NCBI GenBank assembly: GCA_022605425.2
Contig: CM061246.1
Span: 930,001-994,000, forward strand
DNA length: 64,000 nt
Reading direction: 5' to 3'
Origin: Hamiltosporidium tvaerminnensis FI-OER-3-3
Taxonomy: Eukaryota; Fungi; Microsporidia
Part shown: piece after piece, positions 63,201-64,000 of the stretch
Numbering within the stretch: the stretch's first letter is position 1
How the letters are laid out: each line of letters starts with the position of its first letter
The notes under the pieces: generated by a model
The model's input: the letters and a program-made list of their open reading frames with translations, nothing else
Told to the model about the DNA's origin: nothing
Database searches by the model: none
Translations under genes and position numbers: made by a program

Positions 63201-64000
63201 ACTTTCTATGTTTTCCTTCCAAGCGGATCTAGGCTTTTCTTTGCGTGTTGCCTCGTCATAGCATACCTGCGCAGCTTGCATGATATACGCGGCTTCCGTA
63301 ATTGACTCAGGTACATGAGCTCCTGCATATTCACCGACTACTCGATTAATGAGATCCAGAACTTTACTATCAACCAATTCATTTGGATGTTTTCTAGTTC
63401 GGACCACTACTTTTCCAATTTCGTTCTCAGAGATTTCTTTGATTTTACTCAAGAATTTATCTCTCAGGTTTATGTACTCCGTGGTGTCGGTCAAGGTGCA
63501 TGTATCAGCGAGACAAGTGGCGATTCTACGTCGCTCTCCATTCTCTTCTGATTTTACATCCTTTCCCATCTCACTTTGTGCCAATTTTTTTAACACTTCG
63601 AGAGTTTCAGTGCAGCCGAATTTCTCATTATAGTACCTGTGAAGCTCTGTCCAGCCATTTCTTGGCATTCTTTCAAACCTTGTCTGTACTGCAAAAAAAA
63701 CAATTCGAGGCCATTCCTTCGGGTCGGCTGTTACGGAATCGAATATCGTCCGCAATGCCATTAGCCTGTTACCTTCCGGAATAGCTAGAGTACAGGGGCT
63801 TGTCATGTCGTACGATGGCTCGCACGCAGAGACTTCAACCGAAGAGGGAACTGGTGCATTAGGCGAAGGTAAGGTGTCAAGCCCACTATTTTGCATTTTA
63901 CTGCATGTTTGGCTTGGTGGTGGAGGTGTTATTGTTGTGTAGGAGGAGGAAGGTAGGGGAATCGCCGGTGGGTGTAGCTTACATTTTTGTATCTCACTAT
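60282..64000 (-). mobile_element. Intact R4/Dong-clade non-LTR retrotransposon, 5' end beyond the window
   Basis: Single long ORF, very short 3' UTR ending AACCCAGAATTTTATTAAATAAAAA. Confidence 0.95.
60327..64000 (-). CDS. RT + CCHC zinc knuckle + restriction-like endonuclease polyprotein (at least 1189 aa, frame open to the window edge)
   Basis: WKAAGIDGI, DYRPITC, WIDVKKAYDSI, GILQGDSLSPLLF, HLLFVDDLKL, YKYLG, RLYLPR..LGRGL, CQHC..H....C, RRHNEV, RPD..I...LIEV, K..KY. The 34 codons upstream of the ATG at 63896 contain no stop. Confidence 0.97.
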   Translation of the reverse strand, partial: SEIQKCKLHPPAIPLPSSSYTTITPPPPSQTCSKMQNSGLDTLPSPNAPVPSSVEVSACEPSYDMTSPCTLAIPEGNRLMALRTIFDSVTADPKEWPRIVFFAVQTRFERMPRNGWTELHRYYNEKFGCTETLEVLKKLAQSEMGKDVKSEENGERRRIATCLADTCTLTDTTEYINLRDKFLSKIKEISENEIGKVVVRTRKHPNELVDSKVLDLINRVVGEYAGAHVPESITEAAYIMQAAQVCYDEATRKEKPRSAWKENIESKISKLVLSKDLLEKARKQEKLSTSETKSLKKIMREFNLNLSSVTDLSEALVKKNESLNVYEKKITMHESRKQFRKENRMFELFRGRFYRGLSERVESEHVVSRDEIVSFWSTMWNKNDDTVTYDDYLIPFVSDNHPTTFPSLDEFVNIINWLPNWKAAGIDGIYNFFIKKLTTLHKYLYDIVKVICLEGTPQADWFYCGLTYLIPKGIPRRGSDYRPITCMSNLYKLTTKCVTKVVQLEVERRGLLAENQLGAVRGVQGAKEQALLNIALNKEYGNNLKATWIDVKKAYDSIDHAYLTQCIENLNLPDWILKFIKVIISKWKIDISVGPEKIMSKKIDRGILQGDSLSPLLFVLCMDPLSRKLNEKYTKVTVQTDAESHSTNHLLFVDDLKLLAKDSSTLSAMTGEAKEFLEVIGLEINKEKSATNDTCCEDTATLLEGVSVYKYLGIIEDSRGIPTRSSFEEVQSKLISRVERLCHTRLNAKNLFSAINQHAISLINYHIGVLRLEPADFSKLDDAVRAVLVKNKIHLRPGCKERLYLPRTELGRGLHSVELRSEHMLLQLLDCLEKSKEISTRRAAILKVENNNKTHLALIKGFLKVKYRLAEEVTKKSLEEAQLAKLYNEIEKRKLHSKLYNARKNELVSVSDSSRWLKRGNIRPRNEAVFCYIQDRNVFWGADGVCQHCGKSGKTVDHLATRCEKMLGHDYTRRHNEVVRCLHLLLLNRYKFKSSKRIRSHSVQEILDNEYAEIRVDTRIKTDVKIRNNRPDIFILDKKKNKITLIEVGITSQDSLQIVETEKLRKYDLLANELGLIYKCSVEIIPYVMTWDGIVTKYHKSHLKRLEIPMNVEAYIQSIVLKKTVETISFDRRRGLESGLNAEESWERASMGVIMRSEMHEEPIPPLKEAKTEEDGAKNFKPKYKAPFILQGGTTLEEPTNNINEESDLEEETKVVKEVEENM

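Noticed and set aside
1-64000. CRISPR arrays, rRNA genes, prokaryotic operons
   Set aside because: None seen; gene content is eukaryotic and no regularly spaced direct repeats exist.

Overview
Very AT-rich eukaryotic DNA with intron-less, highly divergent housekeeping genes, most carrying a CCC motif just upstream of the ATG. This suggests a large-genome microsporidian, possibly Hamiltosporidium-like (inference, not proven). About nine host genes cover roughly 20% of the window: NAA30/MAK3, RNase H2 catalytic subunit, THO2, NOT1, CDC27, a possible minimal shugoshin and three hypotheticals. The rest is largely transposon debris: five copies of an R4/Dong-clade RLE-type LINE (one with an intact ORF running off the right edge), three ~930-bp non-autonomous Helitrons, a DD39D mariner with perfect 31-bp TIRs, two Ginger/KRBA2-like integrase relics, RTE and Ty3 relics, and decayed host-gene pseudogenes. 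The most unexplained element is a ~700-nt GC-enriched, hairpin-dense island at 8570-9275 that looks like a structured non-coding RNA on the minus strand. All alignments and folds were done by eye.
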